Virus record (IMG/VR): IMGVR_UViG_3300027628_000010
Span: 16,390-80,389 of that record
Length of the DNA stretch: 64,000 bases
Source of the DNA: a virus
Taxonomy: Duplodnaviria; Caudoviricetes
Strand: one strand, 5' to 3'
Part shown: one piece after another, positions 47,903 to 56,650 of the stretch
How positions within the stretch are numbered: the first letter of the stretch is position 1
How the letters are laid out: each line of letters opens with the position of its first letter
Program-made: the position numbers and the translations under genes
Notes under the pieces: generated by a model
Told to the model about the DNA's origin: nothing
The model's input: the letters and a program-made list of their open reading frames with translations, nothing else
Databases searched by the model: none

Positions 47903-48036
47903 TGGAAAATCTTGAACGAGATGTTAAATGGGAATGTAATGATTGTGGGCACGTATGGTATCGAGAATATGAGTTCGAAGAGACGCAATGTGACAATGAT
48001 AAATGCCAAAGCACAAGTATCACTTATGAATTGTAA
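47902..48036 (+). CDS. Small zinc-ribbon protein (44 aa, not in ORF track)
   Basis: CNDC...CDNDKC; TAATG coupling. Confidence 0.6.
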   Translation: MENLERDVKWECNDCGHVWYREYEFEETQCDNDKCQSTSITYEL

Positions 48037-48054
48037 TTAAGGGGGAGAGTAGAA

Positions 48055-48786
48055 ATGGGAGATAGCTTCGGAGACCGTATGAAGGGTTATGAAAACTCTT
48101 ATAGAATTAAATTCCCTAAACGAATGCCCGTAATTATTCGTATTGACGGAAAAGCATTCAGCTCGTATACTAAGGGAATGGTAAAACCGTTCGATGAAAA
48201 ATTAGCTGATGTAATGTGGGCTACATGTCAGTATCTTCTACAGAACATTGCAGGAGCTAAGCTAGCTTATACACAATCAGACGAAATCAGTATCTTAGTT
48301 ACGAATTATGATAAGCTTACTACAGAATCATGGTTCGATAACAACTTACAAAAGATCGTATCTGTTTCAGCTTCTATGGCTACAGCTGCATTCAACGATG
48401 AAATTAAACAGTACTACCCTGAAAAAGGTTACGCTCTATTCGATTCAAGAGCATATGTAATTCCTCCAGATGAAGTAAATAACTATTTTTTGTGGAGACA
48501 AAATGACAGCACAAAGAATAGTATATCAATGGTAGCACAGGCTAACTTCTCACACAAGTCTCTGCAAGGACTCAATGGAAGTCAAATGCAGGATAAGCTC
48601 ATGTTAGAGAAAGGTATTAATTGGAATGACCTTCCTACATGGCAGAAGCGTGGAGCATGTATCATTAAAGAAACGTACTACAAAGGGGATGTAGAGCGTA
48701 AACGATGGAGTGTAGATATGGATACACCTATCTTCTCTAAGGACCCGGATTACATCGAGGACTACGTATACTTACAGATGAACTAA
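48055..48786 (+). CDS. tRNA-His guanylyltransferase Thg1-like protein (3'-5' polymerase)
   Basis: DRMKGYE, RIDGKAF, KPFD, YTQSDEI, FDSR and WRQND motifs. Confidence 0.92.
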   Translation: MGDSFGDRMKGYENSYRIKFPKRMPVIIRIDGKAFSSYTKGMVKPFDEKLADVMWATCQYLLQNIAGAKLAYTQSDEISILVTNYDKLTTESWFDNNLQKIVSVSASMATAAFNDEIKQYYPEKGYALFDSRAYVIPPDEVNNYFLWRQNDSTKNSISMVAQANFSHKSLQGLNGSQMQDKLMLEKGINWNDLPTWQKRGACIIKETYYKGDVERKRWSVDMDTPIFSKDPDYIEDYVYLQMN

Positions 48787-48788
48787 GG

Positions 48789-48821
48789 GAGAGGGGCTAA
48801 ACAGCCTCTCTTATTTTTTTT
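48789..48821 (+). terminator. Rho-independent terminator
   Basis: gagagg-ggc...gcc-tctc followed by a T-run. Confidence 0.65.
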
Positions 48822-48843
48822 TGGAAAAGTTGTAAAAAAAGGG

Positions 48844-48873
48844 TGGACAAATAAAAAGCCTGTATGATATACT
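48844..48873 (+). promoter_or_regulatory. SigA-type promoter
   Basis: TGGACA-18-TG.TATACT. Confidence 0.7.
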
Positions 48874-48930
48874 GTGTATACAGACAAAGAGATTACATAA
48901 GAGGCACAAAAACAGGAAGGGGAGAGAAAG

Positions 48931-49902
48931 ATGAGCAAATATAAATTACGGTTAAATGAGCAGGAGACATTAGCAATGATCGAAAAGGCACAAGCTGGAG
49001 ATAAAGATGCAGCAGATGTATTGTTTAGAGCTAATGAGGGAATTATCTGGACTATTATAAAGCCATCTATCGGTAAAGGCGGTAAATCTAAAGAAGACAT
49101 CTTTCAGGTAGCTTGTATAGGGTTTCTAAAAGCCGTTTATAACTATAACCCGGAGATTGCTAAGTTCGGTACATTCCTAAATATTAAAGTGAGTGGAGAA
49201 TTAAGAAGATACTTTCGAGATAATCAGAGTGTCATCCACGTTCCACGAACTATTAAAGAACTAGGCGCTAAAATCTTAATGCACCAGCTACGAGATGAGT
49301 CTTTCGAAGTTATAAAAGAGAAGTTAGGTGTTACAAATGATAGACTACTTGCGGATACTCTGAATTATATAAACAGAGGTACAGCTCATGTAAGTTCTCT
49401 ATATACAGTAGTAGTTGAGGGAGAAGGAGAGGACCTTACATTAGAAGATCAATTAGCTGGAGATTTAAACGGAGCTGATTGGGAAGATGACTTAGTACTC
49501 CTAACTTCTGTAAAAGAAGCGATTAACTGCTTAACTGACAGAGAGCAGGTAGTTATTCGTAGTAAGTATATCGAAAATAAATCACAAGTTGAGATAGGTA
49601 AGGAACTCGGTATTTCACAGATGCAGGTATCTCGTATAGAGCGTAAGGCGTTGCTTAAGTTAAAAACAATTATAACGCAAGAGCTAAGCACGAAGGAACC
49701 TATTACTGAAGAGATGCTGCCCGGTTATAAACCTAGAAAAGCTCCAAAAGCTCAAGAATCTAGAGGGGACCGTGCAGAAGCTATTCGTCTAATACAAGAA
49801 ACAGAGTTAACATTTGCAGAGATTAGCAGAATCACAGGTGTACCTAAAACAAGCGTATCTGATTTAAACCGTAGAATGATTAAAAAAGCTGTTGCCAAAT
49901 AA
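48931..49902 (+). CDS. SigF/SigG-like sigma factor with extra C-terminal HTH
   Basis: AQAGDKDA, EDIFQVACIGFLKAV, GELRRYFRD...IHVPR, and region 4 SQVEIGKELGISQMQVSRIERKAL. Confidence 0.9.
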   Translation: MSKYKLRLNEQETLAMIEKAQAGDKDAADVLFRANEGIIWTIIKPSIGKGGKSKEDIFQVACIGFLKAVYNYNPEIAKFGTFLNIKVSGELRRYFRDNQSVIHVPRTIKELGAKILMHQLRDESFEVIKEKLGVTNDRLLADTLNYINRGTAHVSSLYTVVVEGEGEDLTLEDQLAGDLNGADWEDDLVLLTSVKEAINCLTDREQVVIRSKYIENKSQVEIGKELGISQMQVSRIERKALLKLKTIITQELSTKEPITEEMLPGYKPRKAPKAQESRGDRAEAIRLIQETELTFAEISRITGVPKTSVSDLNRRMIKKAVAK

Positions 49903-49914
49903 GGAGGAGATCAA

Positions 49915-50211
49915 ATGTCAATCGAAAAGATTACCGAAGGTACTATCCCTAACGCACCACTATTAAAGAGATTCGTAGCTGAAGTAGGTGAAAAGCATCG
50001 AGGCACAATGCTTAGTAAAGAAGCTATCCACCGTATAGCAGCAGAAATTAATTATAAAATAGACGAAGCTATAACTGTAGGTGAGTGGACTACAGCATTT
50101 TTATCACCAGAAGATCGTTTACTATCATTCAAGCAAGTTGCAGTTAAACAAAGTGAAGTAGACCCTACAAGCTTATCTGTTGCCCCTATATGGGTGTACC
50201 TAACACAATAA
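49915..50211 (+). CDS. Hypothetical protein (98 aa)
   Basis: RBS aaggagg. Confidence 0.7.
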   Translation: MSIEKITEGTIPNAPLLKRFVAEVGEKHRGTMLSKEAIHRIAAEINYKIDEAITVGEWTTAFLSPEDRLLSFKQVAVKQSEVDPTSLSVAPIWVYLTQ

Positions 50212-50224
50212 GGAGGAAAAGTAA

Positions 50225-50458
50225 ATGTCAGAAAATAGACCGCAAGATATCCGTTACTGGGTCCTTAAATTGGACGAATTACTAGCTGTATGTACGCAAC
50301 CAGAGCTACAAAAATTTGAAACTATCGTTGATAGAATCTTACGTAAGCGTGAGGAAGAAGGTAAGCCTGCTGTAAATAGCTATATCGTTATCAATTCCGA
50401 TGAGCCGTATGCAGATGAGGTTAAGGAAATTCTTAAGAGATACGAGCATTGGGACTAA
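50225..50458 (+). CDS. Hypothetical protein (77 aa)
   Basis: RBS aaggagg. Confidence 0.7.
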   Translation: MSENRPQDIRYWVLKLDELLAVCTQPELQKFETIVDRILRKREEEGKPAVNSYIVINSDEPYADEVKEILKRYEHWD

Positions 50459-50492
50459 ATCCTAATGCTCGAAAAAAAAATTTAATATAGGG

Positions 50493-50521
50493 TTGACAAA
50501 TAGTCAAATAGCTTGTACAAT
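50493..50521 (+). promoter_or_regulatory. SigA-type promoter with TTGAC-N5-GTCAA palindrome
   Basis: TTGACA-17-TACAAT. Confidence 0.85.
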
Positions 50522-50554
50522 AGAGACAGGTTATAAAACAAGGAGGAAAATAAA

Positions 50555-51751
50555 ATGATCGAATTAAAAGGAAAATATAACACAGCAAAGGTATTTACGG
50601 ATAATGTAGAACAAACAGCAATGTCTCAGATTATTGAAATGTGTAACTTACCTGAGTACGAAGGTCAAAAGATTCGTATTATGCCAGATACACATGCTGG
50701 TGCTGGCTGCACAATCGGGACAACAATGACAATCACTGACAAGGTATGCGCTAATTTGGTCGGAGTGGACATTGGTTGTGGAATGGAAGTAGCTTTCATC
50801 CATAAAGACAAATCAGAAATCAATTTTGACCAGTTAGATGAAGTGATTCGTAAACGTGTACCTTCTGGCTTTGCAATCCGAGGTAAATCACATGTACTCT
50901 CTAATAAGTTCAAAGGTATTGAAGAAGTAATTGCTCCAATAAATACTCACCGAGCTAAGTTATCTATCGGGACACTTGGCGGAGGGAATCACTTTATCGA
51001 GCTAAACGAAGTAGGAGACGGTATGGTAGCTGTTGTTATCCACTCTGGTTCTCGTAACCTAGGAAAACAAGTAGCCGAGCATTACCAAAAAGTTGCATAC
51101 GAGCACCTAGTAAACTTAAAAGGTGAGAAAGAGCTTATTATTGCAGAGCTTAAAGCACAGGGACGTGAAAATGAAATCCATGAAGCTCTACGAGGCATTA
51201 AAGCTCCTAAAATTAAGAAAGAGCTAGCTTACTTACAAGGTCAAGCGTTTAAAGATTATATTCACGACATGGAGATCGCTCAGCGCTATGCTGCAACTAA
51301 CCGTAAGGCAATGATGCAGGAAATTATTAAAGGTATGGGCTGGGGCTATGATATTACTAAAGTCTTTACAACTATTCATAACTACATAGACATCGACAAC
51401 ATGATTCTTCGTAAAGGCGCTATCTCTGCTCAGAAAGGTGAAGAGGTTATTATTCCGATCAACATGCGTGATGGCTCTATTATTGCAACAGGTAAAGGTA
51501 ACCCAGATTGGAATTTCTCAGGACCACATGGAGCAGGGCGTATCATGTCTCGTTCAAAAGCTAAAAAGAATCTTAAACTTGAAGATTTCCAATCAACTAT
51601 GAAAGACGTATGGACTACTTCTGTTGGTGAGGCAACTCTAGATGAAGCACCTATGGTATATAAACCAATCGATGAAATTGTAGAGAACATCCAAGAGTCT
51701 GTAACAATCAATCAAATTATTAAACCGCTATATAACTTTAAGGCAAACTAA
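50555..51751 (+). CDS. rtcB: RtcB RNA ligase
   Basis: PDTHAG, DIGCG, GTLGGGNHFIE, HSGSR, HNY, HGAGR and LDEAP..YK motifs. Confidence 0.95.
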   Translation: MIELKGKYNTAKVFTDNVEQTAMSQIIEMCNLPEYEGQKIRIMPDTHAGAGCTIGTTMTITDKVCANLVGVDIGCGMEVAFIHKDKSEINFDQLDEVIRKRVPSGFAIRGKSHVLSNKFKGIEEVIAPINTHRAKLSIGTLGGGNHFIELNEVGDGMVAVVIHSGSRNLGKQVAEHYQKVAYEHLVNLKGEKELIIAELKAQGRENEIHEALRGIKAPKIKKELAYLQGQAFKDYIHDMEIAQRYAATNRKAMMQEIIKGMGWGYDITKVFTTIHNYIDIDNMILRKGAISAQKGEEVIIPINMRDGSIIATGKGNPDWNFSGPHGAGRIMSRSKAKKNLKLEDFQSTMKDVWTTSVGEATLDEAPMVYKPIDEIVENIQESVTINQIIKPLYNFKAN

Positions 51752-51759
51752 TGTAACAA

Positions 51760-51790
51760 TGGGAGCTGGGAATTAATTTCTCAGCTCCCA
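51760..51790 (+). terminator. Long hairpin after rtcB (terminator-like)
   Basis: tgggagctgggaa-ttaat-ttctcagctccca. Confidence 0.7.
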
Positions 51791-51810
51791 GAAAAATTTT
51801 TAAAAAGGTG

Positions 51811-51839
51811 TTGACAATTAGTCAAAAGGCTTGTACAAT
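51811..51839 (+). promoter_or_regulatory. SigA-type promoter with TTGAC-N5-GTCAA palindrome
   Basis: TTGACA-17-TACAAT; near copy of the 50493 promoter. Confidence 0.85.
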
Positions 51840-51879
51840 ACAGGTATAGATAGAAACACAAAACAGAGGAGGAAATAAA

Positions 51880-52182
51880 ATGATAAACTACTATAATATT
51901 ACACTAAAGAGTGGGATAAACAAAACAGTATCTCGAGAGGAATTTGGAGACAAGAGGCTGCCGGGTTTATGGCGCTGGTCCTTCACACAACCTAAGCCGG
52001 TTGTAGTCGAATTTGTAGAATGTCAAATGCTAGCTAGTGAGATTGCAATGTTAGAAGTCATTCAGGTGGAAGTTGAAGAAACAGTAACTAATGATGCAGA
52101 CTCGGGCTCAAAAGGAAAGTTTAGCTGGTTACGCTGGTTCAAACAAGAGGAGGGTACAGTCAATGAGAACATTGTGGATTGA
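51880..52182 (+). CDS. Hypothetical protein (100 aa)
   Basis: RBS gaggagg. Confidence 0.7.
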   Translation: MINYYNITLKSGINKTVSREEFGDKRLPGLWRWSFTQPKPVVVEFVECQMLASEIAMLEVIQVEVEETVTNDADSGSKGKFSWLRWFKQEEGTVNENIVD

Positions 52183-52513
52183 TGGATTAGATAAGAAAAT
52201 GAAGGAAAAAGCATTAGAGGAAAACAGATTAGCTTGGATTGACGAAGTAAATGCTTTAGGTGATTTACCTCTAGATTATCCACAGAAAGTAAGAGCACCT
52301 TATCCAGATGAAGAGGATGTAAAGAAATTAACTGAAATAGCTTCATATATTAATATCGCTGCTAAAACGTTACAAGCTATCGATAAAGAAGAAGCAGAAG
52401 GTAAGCTTGCATTTGAAGAAGCACATAATAGACGATTAACAGCAAACATGTACTTAGATATTTATACAACGAATTTAGCTACTTACATTGAAACAAAGGG
52501 AGGAAGACCATAA
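52163..52513 (+). CDS. Hypothetical protein
   Basis: RBS gaggagg before the ATG at 52163. Confidence 0.65.
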   Translation: MRTLWIDGLDKKMKEKALEENRLAWIDEVNALGDLPLDYPQKVRAPYPDEEDVKKLTEIASYINIAAKTLQAIDKEEAEGKLAFEEAHNRRLTANMYLDIYTTNLATYIETKGGRP

Positions 52514-52686
52514 TGAATAACGTTGAATTATATGAAGACTTCATCCAAACACTCAAAAAGAATTTCCCCAATATTGAACTAAACCAAAGAGACAAAATGC
52601 TTTTAGGAATGGCAGTTAACCACACTTACTTACACTTACAATATGAAACAAAGGAGAGAGACAATGGCAACCCTGATCAAGCATAA
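52513..52686 (+). CDS. Hypothetical protein (57 aa, not in ORF track)
   Basis: TAATG coupling; RBS ggagg. Confidence 0.55.
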   Translation: MNNVELYEDFIQTLKKNFPNIELNQRDKMLLGMAVNHTYLHLQYETKERDNGNPDQA

Positions 52687-52858
52687 ACGATGTGCTATGT
52701 GTCATCACAAACTAACTTTATCTACAGTTGCCCGGTGGAACATTCCGGGCACAGATAAACATAACACTATACGGCTTGATTCAATCGGTCGAGAATGGTG
52801 TAAGAAATGCACAGATGAATTTGATAATATAGACTGGGAGGCTGTGAGAAACAAATGA
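52664..52858 (+). CDS. Small zinc-finger protein
   Basis: CAMC...CKKC; RBS aaggag. Confidence 0.6.
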   Translation: MATLIKHKRCAMCHHKLTLSTVARWNIPGTDKHNTIRLDSIGREWCKKCTDEFDNIDWEAVRNK

Positions 52859-53148
52859 ATACTACGGAAATCTTATTTTTTACCTCACTATACTTAGTAA
52901 TAGGTACAGGTATAGGACTTGGCAAAGAGTCCGATCGGCGCTCTGACAAACACTTCGATCTACAATCAGATAAGGAAAAGAAAATGCAAGCGGAGGCACC
53001 ATATAGAGGGCTAGCGGCAGTAAGAGTAATTTCCGATATTATAGCTTGGCTGCCTAAGCTTATCATCCCTGCTTTAACAATTATCCCAGATATGATTAAA
53101 GCAGTTAAAGTACTCTGGAAGTATAGAAAGGAAGGGAAAAAGAAATGA
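52855..53148 (+). CDS. Membrane protein, paralog B1
   Basis: N-terminal TM; WLPK...W..RK.G motif shared with the next ORF. Confidence 0.7.
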   Translation: MNTTEILFFTSLYLVIGTGIGLGKESDRRSDKHFDLQSDKEKKMQAEAPYRGLAAVRVISDIIAWLPKLIIPALTIIPDMIKAVKVLWKYRKEGKKK

Positions 53149-53420
53149 TTGAAACAATTATTATCCTATCAGTCACTTATCTAGTATTAGGTGCAATCGT
53201 CACATTAATTACGGCAACCGTAGAGGCTGCAAGTAACAAAATGAAGGGTAAAGAGTCAGAGCTATCACCTAGGACTCAGAAAATGGTGGACGAAGCACCG
53301 TCTGTATTCATGCTCTTCTTAATTGCCCTTGCTTATGAATCTATAATCTGGCTACCTAAAGTGTTAGTCAAGTTTGTTAAAACGTTAGCTGTCATCTGGA
53401 AGCATAGAAAGAGAGGTTAA
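53145..53420 (+). CDS. Membrane protein, paralog B2
   Basis: N-terminal TM; WLPK...W..RK.G motif. Confidence 0.7.
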   Translation: MIETIIILSVTYLVLGAIVTLITATVEAASNKMKGKESELSPRTQKMVDEAPSVFMLFLIALAYESIIWLPKVLVKFVKTLAVIWKHRKRG

Positions 53421-53424
53421 TAAA

Positions 53425-53865
53425 ATGAAGAAGAATAAGAAACCTGAAAAGAAAAGTAAAAAGGTTAAACGGGTTCTCCTTCTTCTACTAATATTCTTAA
53501 CTTTATTTGCAGCAAACACTATCTCAGGAAAATTCATTTACATGGCGCAGTATCAAAAACAGTTAGAACACAGAATTAATAAGCAGCAGCTACAATTCGA
53601 TACACTTCAAGAGACATACCGTACCAACACTCAAGAGTACCAACAGCGGATTACCTCTTTAGAGAAAGAACTTACATATAAGCAGAAAACCGTTGAACAT
53701 AAAAAGCAAGTTGTTGAGCCAAAGGTTGTAGAGGCTCCTAAAGTTGAAAGAGAAAACCCATTTAAAAAAGCACCTGATCTTAGCCCACTAGTTCCGATTA
53801 CAAGTATCTTTGCAGTATTCGGAGCTATGGTTAAGATGACAGGTCCTACAGGAGGAGTAAGATAA
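53425..53865 (+). CDS. Membrane-anchored coiled-coil protein
   Basis: Basic N-terminus, TM segment, coiled coil. Confidence 0.65.
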   Translation: MKKNKKPEKKSKKVKRVLLLLLIFLTLFAANTISGKFIYMAQYQKQLEHRINKQQLQFDTLQETYRTNTQEYQQRITSLEKELTYKQKTVEHKKQVVEPKVVEAPKVERENPFKKAPDLSPLVPITSIFAVFGAMVKMTGPTGGVR

Positions 53866-53866
53866 T

Positions 53867-54325
53867 ATGTTTTTTAAATCAGAAGTAGAAAAGTATCGTA
53901 AAGAAGCTAAAGATTATAAGGAGTTATGGGAGAAAGAGCAAGAGAAGACAGCCAGACTTCAAAGTATAGTAGATGGAGCTAAGGCTGTAGCCGCAGCAAA
54001 AGATAAAACTCTTCTTAAACTAGAGCGTATTATTCGTAAAGGGACTACACAAGCCTCAAGAGAGGATATCCGTAAGCTAACTCTTGAAGAGATTGAAAGG
54101 CTGATTAAAGAGGCTACTCAGGACTTACTAGCCTATAAAACTGTAAAGAGCCACTATAACCCTTATTCTCGTCACATGGCTCTCGGACGTAAATGGGAAA
54201 AGGATAGAGAAGAGATCGTTATGGAAACCGTTATTGGAGAGCTGGAAGAGCATATCGAAAATCTTACTCGAGAAAAGTACCGTAAAATTTTAGATGCTGA
54301 AGAAATGGGAGGAAACGAACAATGA
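53867..54325 (+). CDS. Coiled-coil hypothetical protein
   Basis: RBS aggag. Confidence 0.65.
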   Translation: MFFKSEVEKYRKEAKDYKELWEKEQEKTARLQSIVDGAKAVAAAKDKTLLKLERIIRKGTTQASREDIRKLTLEEIERLIKEATQDLLAYKTVKSHYNPYSRHMALGRKWEKDREEIVMETVIGELEEHIENLTREKYRKILDAEEMGGNEQ

Positions 54326-54513
54326 AAACAGGAGAACAAATTTACGAAGAGATTGTAATAGCAAAGGCAGACCTTAAAGAAGCTACCAGCTTAGTAGATA
54401 TGATTGAAGCTAAACTAGGTAAAGAAGCAGAATATAAAATAGCTTGCCGTATAGAGAATAAAGCAGACCTGAGACTAAAGCAGCTGTTTGAAAAGGAGTA
54501 TGACGATCAATGA
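54322..54513 (+). CDS. Hypothetical protein (63 aa)
   Basis: ATGA overlap. Confidence 0.6.
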   Translation: MKTGEQIYEEIVIAKADLKEATSLVDMIEAKLGKEAEYKIACRIENKADLRLKQLFEKEYDDQ

Positions 54514-54800
54514 GTAAAATGACGCTGAAAGAGATGCAGAATGAAGTATTACGATTAAACTACTTAGCTAACAAAATGTATAGAGGGAAATATGTTCGAC
54601 TCCCTCTCTGCATTGTAGTAAACAATGAGAAGTGCCTAGGAACTACTGTATGTAGAGTATCTACTGTGGACCTTCAAGAAAAATCAGTTGAGTTTACTTA
54701 CGGTTATGAAGATGGACCTGAAGATGTTTTATGGGAGTGCTTACCGATAGAAGTATTTGAGAGATATGTACAAATTATTATTCCCGGGGAGGAAAACTAA
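54510..54800 (+). CDS. Hypothetical protein (96 aa)
   Basis: ATGA overlap. Confidence 0.6.
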   Translation: MSKMTLKEMQNEVLRLNYLANKMYRGKYVRLPLCIVVNNEKCLGTTVCRVSTVDLQEKSVEFTYGYEDGPEDVLWECLPIEVFERYVQIIIPGEEN

Positions 54801-54968
54801 ATGAAGAACTGGCTTATACTCTTAGCCTTCTGCACTATAGGTGCTTTTGCTCACGGATTCGTAGAAACTTTCTTTAAAGATTACCCAAACATTATTAATG
54901 TTCTGCACCTAGTCGTACCTTTTATACTTGGTTACATTTATCATGATATTACTAAGGAGGACAAATAA
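54801..54968 (+). CDS. Small membrane protein (55 aa, not in ORF track)
   Basis: RBS ggagg; two hydrophobic segments. Confidence 0.6.
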   Translation: MKNWLILLAFCTIGAFAHGFVETFFKDYPNIINVLHLVVPFILGYIYHDITKEDK

Positions 54969-54969
54969 A

Positions 54970-55263
54970 ATGGCAATTAATAAATTAGAGAATGGTAACG
55001 TACAAGTTGAATTTGGTAAAGGTGATGTCCTAACAGGTATCCACTTCTGTAAAGACTCCTCTAAAGCAAGAGCTTTGGTCATGTTAAACGCAAGTGTTCC
55101 GGGTCCAGTCGGTCAGTATATATTTGCAAAAGATACTGAAGACTGGGACGTAGAAGATCACCCTGTTCAGCTAGTGTTTAATAGCCCAGAGAGTGTAGAG
55201 TTAATTATTAACCAGCTAATACGACTCAAGACAGGTATGCAGCTTGATATGGAGGGGAAATAA
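54970..55263 (+). CDS. Hypothetical protein, paralog C1
   Basis: RBS aaggagg; EFG.GD and F...ESV motifs shared with the next ORF. Confidence 0.7.
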   Translation: MAINKLENGNVQVEFGKGDVLTGIHFCKDSSKARALVMLNASVPGPVGQYIFAKDTEDWDVEDHPVQLVFNSPESVELIINQLIRLKTGMQLDMEGK

Positions 55264-55264
55264 G

Positions 55265-55561
55265 ATGCCAGTACAAAAATTTGAAGACGGTAAAGTATTA
55301 TTGGAATTTGGCTACGGAGATATGTTAGTATCTCCGGGGCTATCTGGTGAAGACTTTAAAACAGGTAACCTAGTAATTATGCAAAATGATACGGACATGG
55401 AGATTGGAGAGTTCATTACTTACGATGAGCCAATCATGCCGACTATGGATGAGATTGACGTATTAATGACTTTTGATAAAATAGAGAGCGTGGATGTGCT
55501 TATCCGTAACTTACAAAGAGTAAAGAGATTCATGGAACAAGGAAAGGTGGACAAAGACTAA
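55265..55561 (+). CDS. Hypothetical protein, paralog C2
   Basis: RBS ggagg. Confidence 0.7.
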   Translation: MPVQKFEDGKVLLEFGYGDMLVSPGLSGEDFKTGNLVIMQNDTDMEIGEFITYDEPIMPTMDEIDVLMTFDKIESVDVLIRNLQRVKRFMEQGKVDKD

Positions 55562-56196
55562 TGAAAAACTTTAACGATGTACAAAAAGAATTAAATGGAA
55601 CAGAACCTTACTTAGAGTACGCCCTACGTGTTGTAGGGCTTGCAGATGCAGCTAAGGACCGTAAAGGGTGGAGCCTAGCAGATTTATCCGCAAAAGCTCG
55701 TACTCCTTACCATATGCTAACTAGGATATTCGAAGGGGAATTGGTCCCTAACTTACAGACCGTATACAAACTCATTCAAGCTACTGGTATTTATAATCAA
55801 GTTGAAGAATATGTAGAAAAGCCTAACAATAATGAAGGTAAATGGGTTTGGGACACAAACGATGAAATGTTCCGCAGCGATTTCTTTGATACGAAAGAGG
55901 AAGCTATTGAAGATGCTCGAGGGCAGGGGGATGCCGGAGAGACTATCTATGTAGGGCAAGTAGTGGACCCGGTAACTTTTACAGGTGTTGACGTAGACGG
56001 TATCTTAGAACGTATATCTGAACAGGTGTATGAAGAAGTAGGAGAAGTTGCAATAGACTATCTAAGTTATGTTAAGAAAGAGGACTTTTCAGCTCTAGAG
56101 GATGAACTTAACAGTGTTATACGTAAATGGATGAAGGAACGTGATTATGAACCTAAGTTCTTTAAAGTAGATAATATTGAAGGAGTGGAACTATAA
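55561..56196 (+). CDS. XRE-family HTH fused to an acidic C-terminal domain
   Basis: AKDRKGWSLADLSAKARTPYHMLTRIFEG....PNL.TV.KL, an XRE pattern. Confidence 0.65.
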   Translation: MKNFNDVQKELNGTEPYLEYALRVVGLADAAKDRKGWSLADLSAKARTPYHMLTRIFEGELVPNLQTVYKLIQATGIYNQVEEYVEKPNNNEGKWVWDTNDEMFRSDFFDTKEEAIEDARGQGDAGETIYVGQVVDPVTFTGVDVDGILERISEQVYEEVGEVAIDYLSYVKKEDFSALEDELNSVIRKWMKERDYEPKFFKVDNIEGVEL

Positions 56197-56459
56197 TGGA
56201 ATTTTGGGCAATCGCATACAGATATGAGGAAGACGTATTTTACGATTTTAGTAAAAAAGAAGATACATTTGATCTGGGACCTACTTGCTTCTTACCTACA
56301 GAGGAGATGGCAGAACAGATTATCGAAGATGAGTTATCCATTCAGTACGTAGCTGTAAGAATTAATGTAGAAACAATTGAAAAGAGTGGTAACTGGTCAT
56401 GGTCTCGAGACGAGATTCCTGATTGGGATTATATGGTAGACTTAGAGGAGGACGAATAA
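56196..56459 (+). CDS. Acidic hypothetical protein (87 aa)
   Basis: TAATG coupling. Confidence 0.65.
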   Translation: MEFWAIAYRYEEDVFYDFSKKEDTFDLGPTCFLPTEEMAEQIIEDELSIQYVAVRINVETIEKSGNWSWSRDEIPDWDYMVDLEEDE

Positions 56460-56620
56460 TGAGAAGAACGTTCTGGATGAAAGGGTCCGATACACAGGGA
56501 GACGGAATGCATGTTTCGTTCTCCTCTTATTGGAAAATGCTCTGCTACCGAGATAATAATGAGCCTGTAACAGGAGAGAAAATTAAGATCAGCTATATGG
56601 AGTATGATGACTTAAGATAA
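56459..56620 (+). CDS. Hypothetical protein
   Basis: RBS gaggagg before the ATG at 56459. Confidence 0.55.
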   Translation: MRRTFWMKGSDTQGDGMHVSFSSYWKMLCYRDNNEPVTGEKIKISYMEYDDLR

Positions 56621-56650
56621 GTAGAGGGACTTACCCTCTACTTTTTTTTT
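56619..56650 (+). terminator. Strong Rho-independent terminator insulating the ParM module
   Basis: aagtagaggg-actta-ccctctactt followed by a long T-run. Confidence 0.88.
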
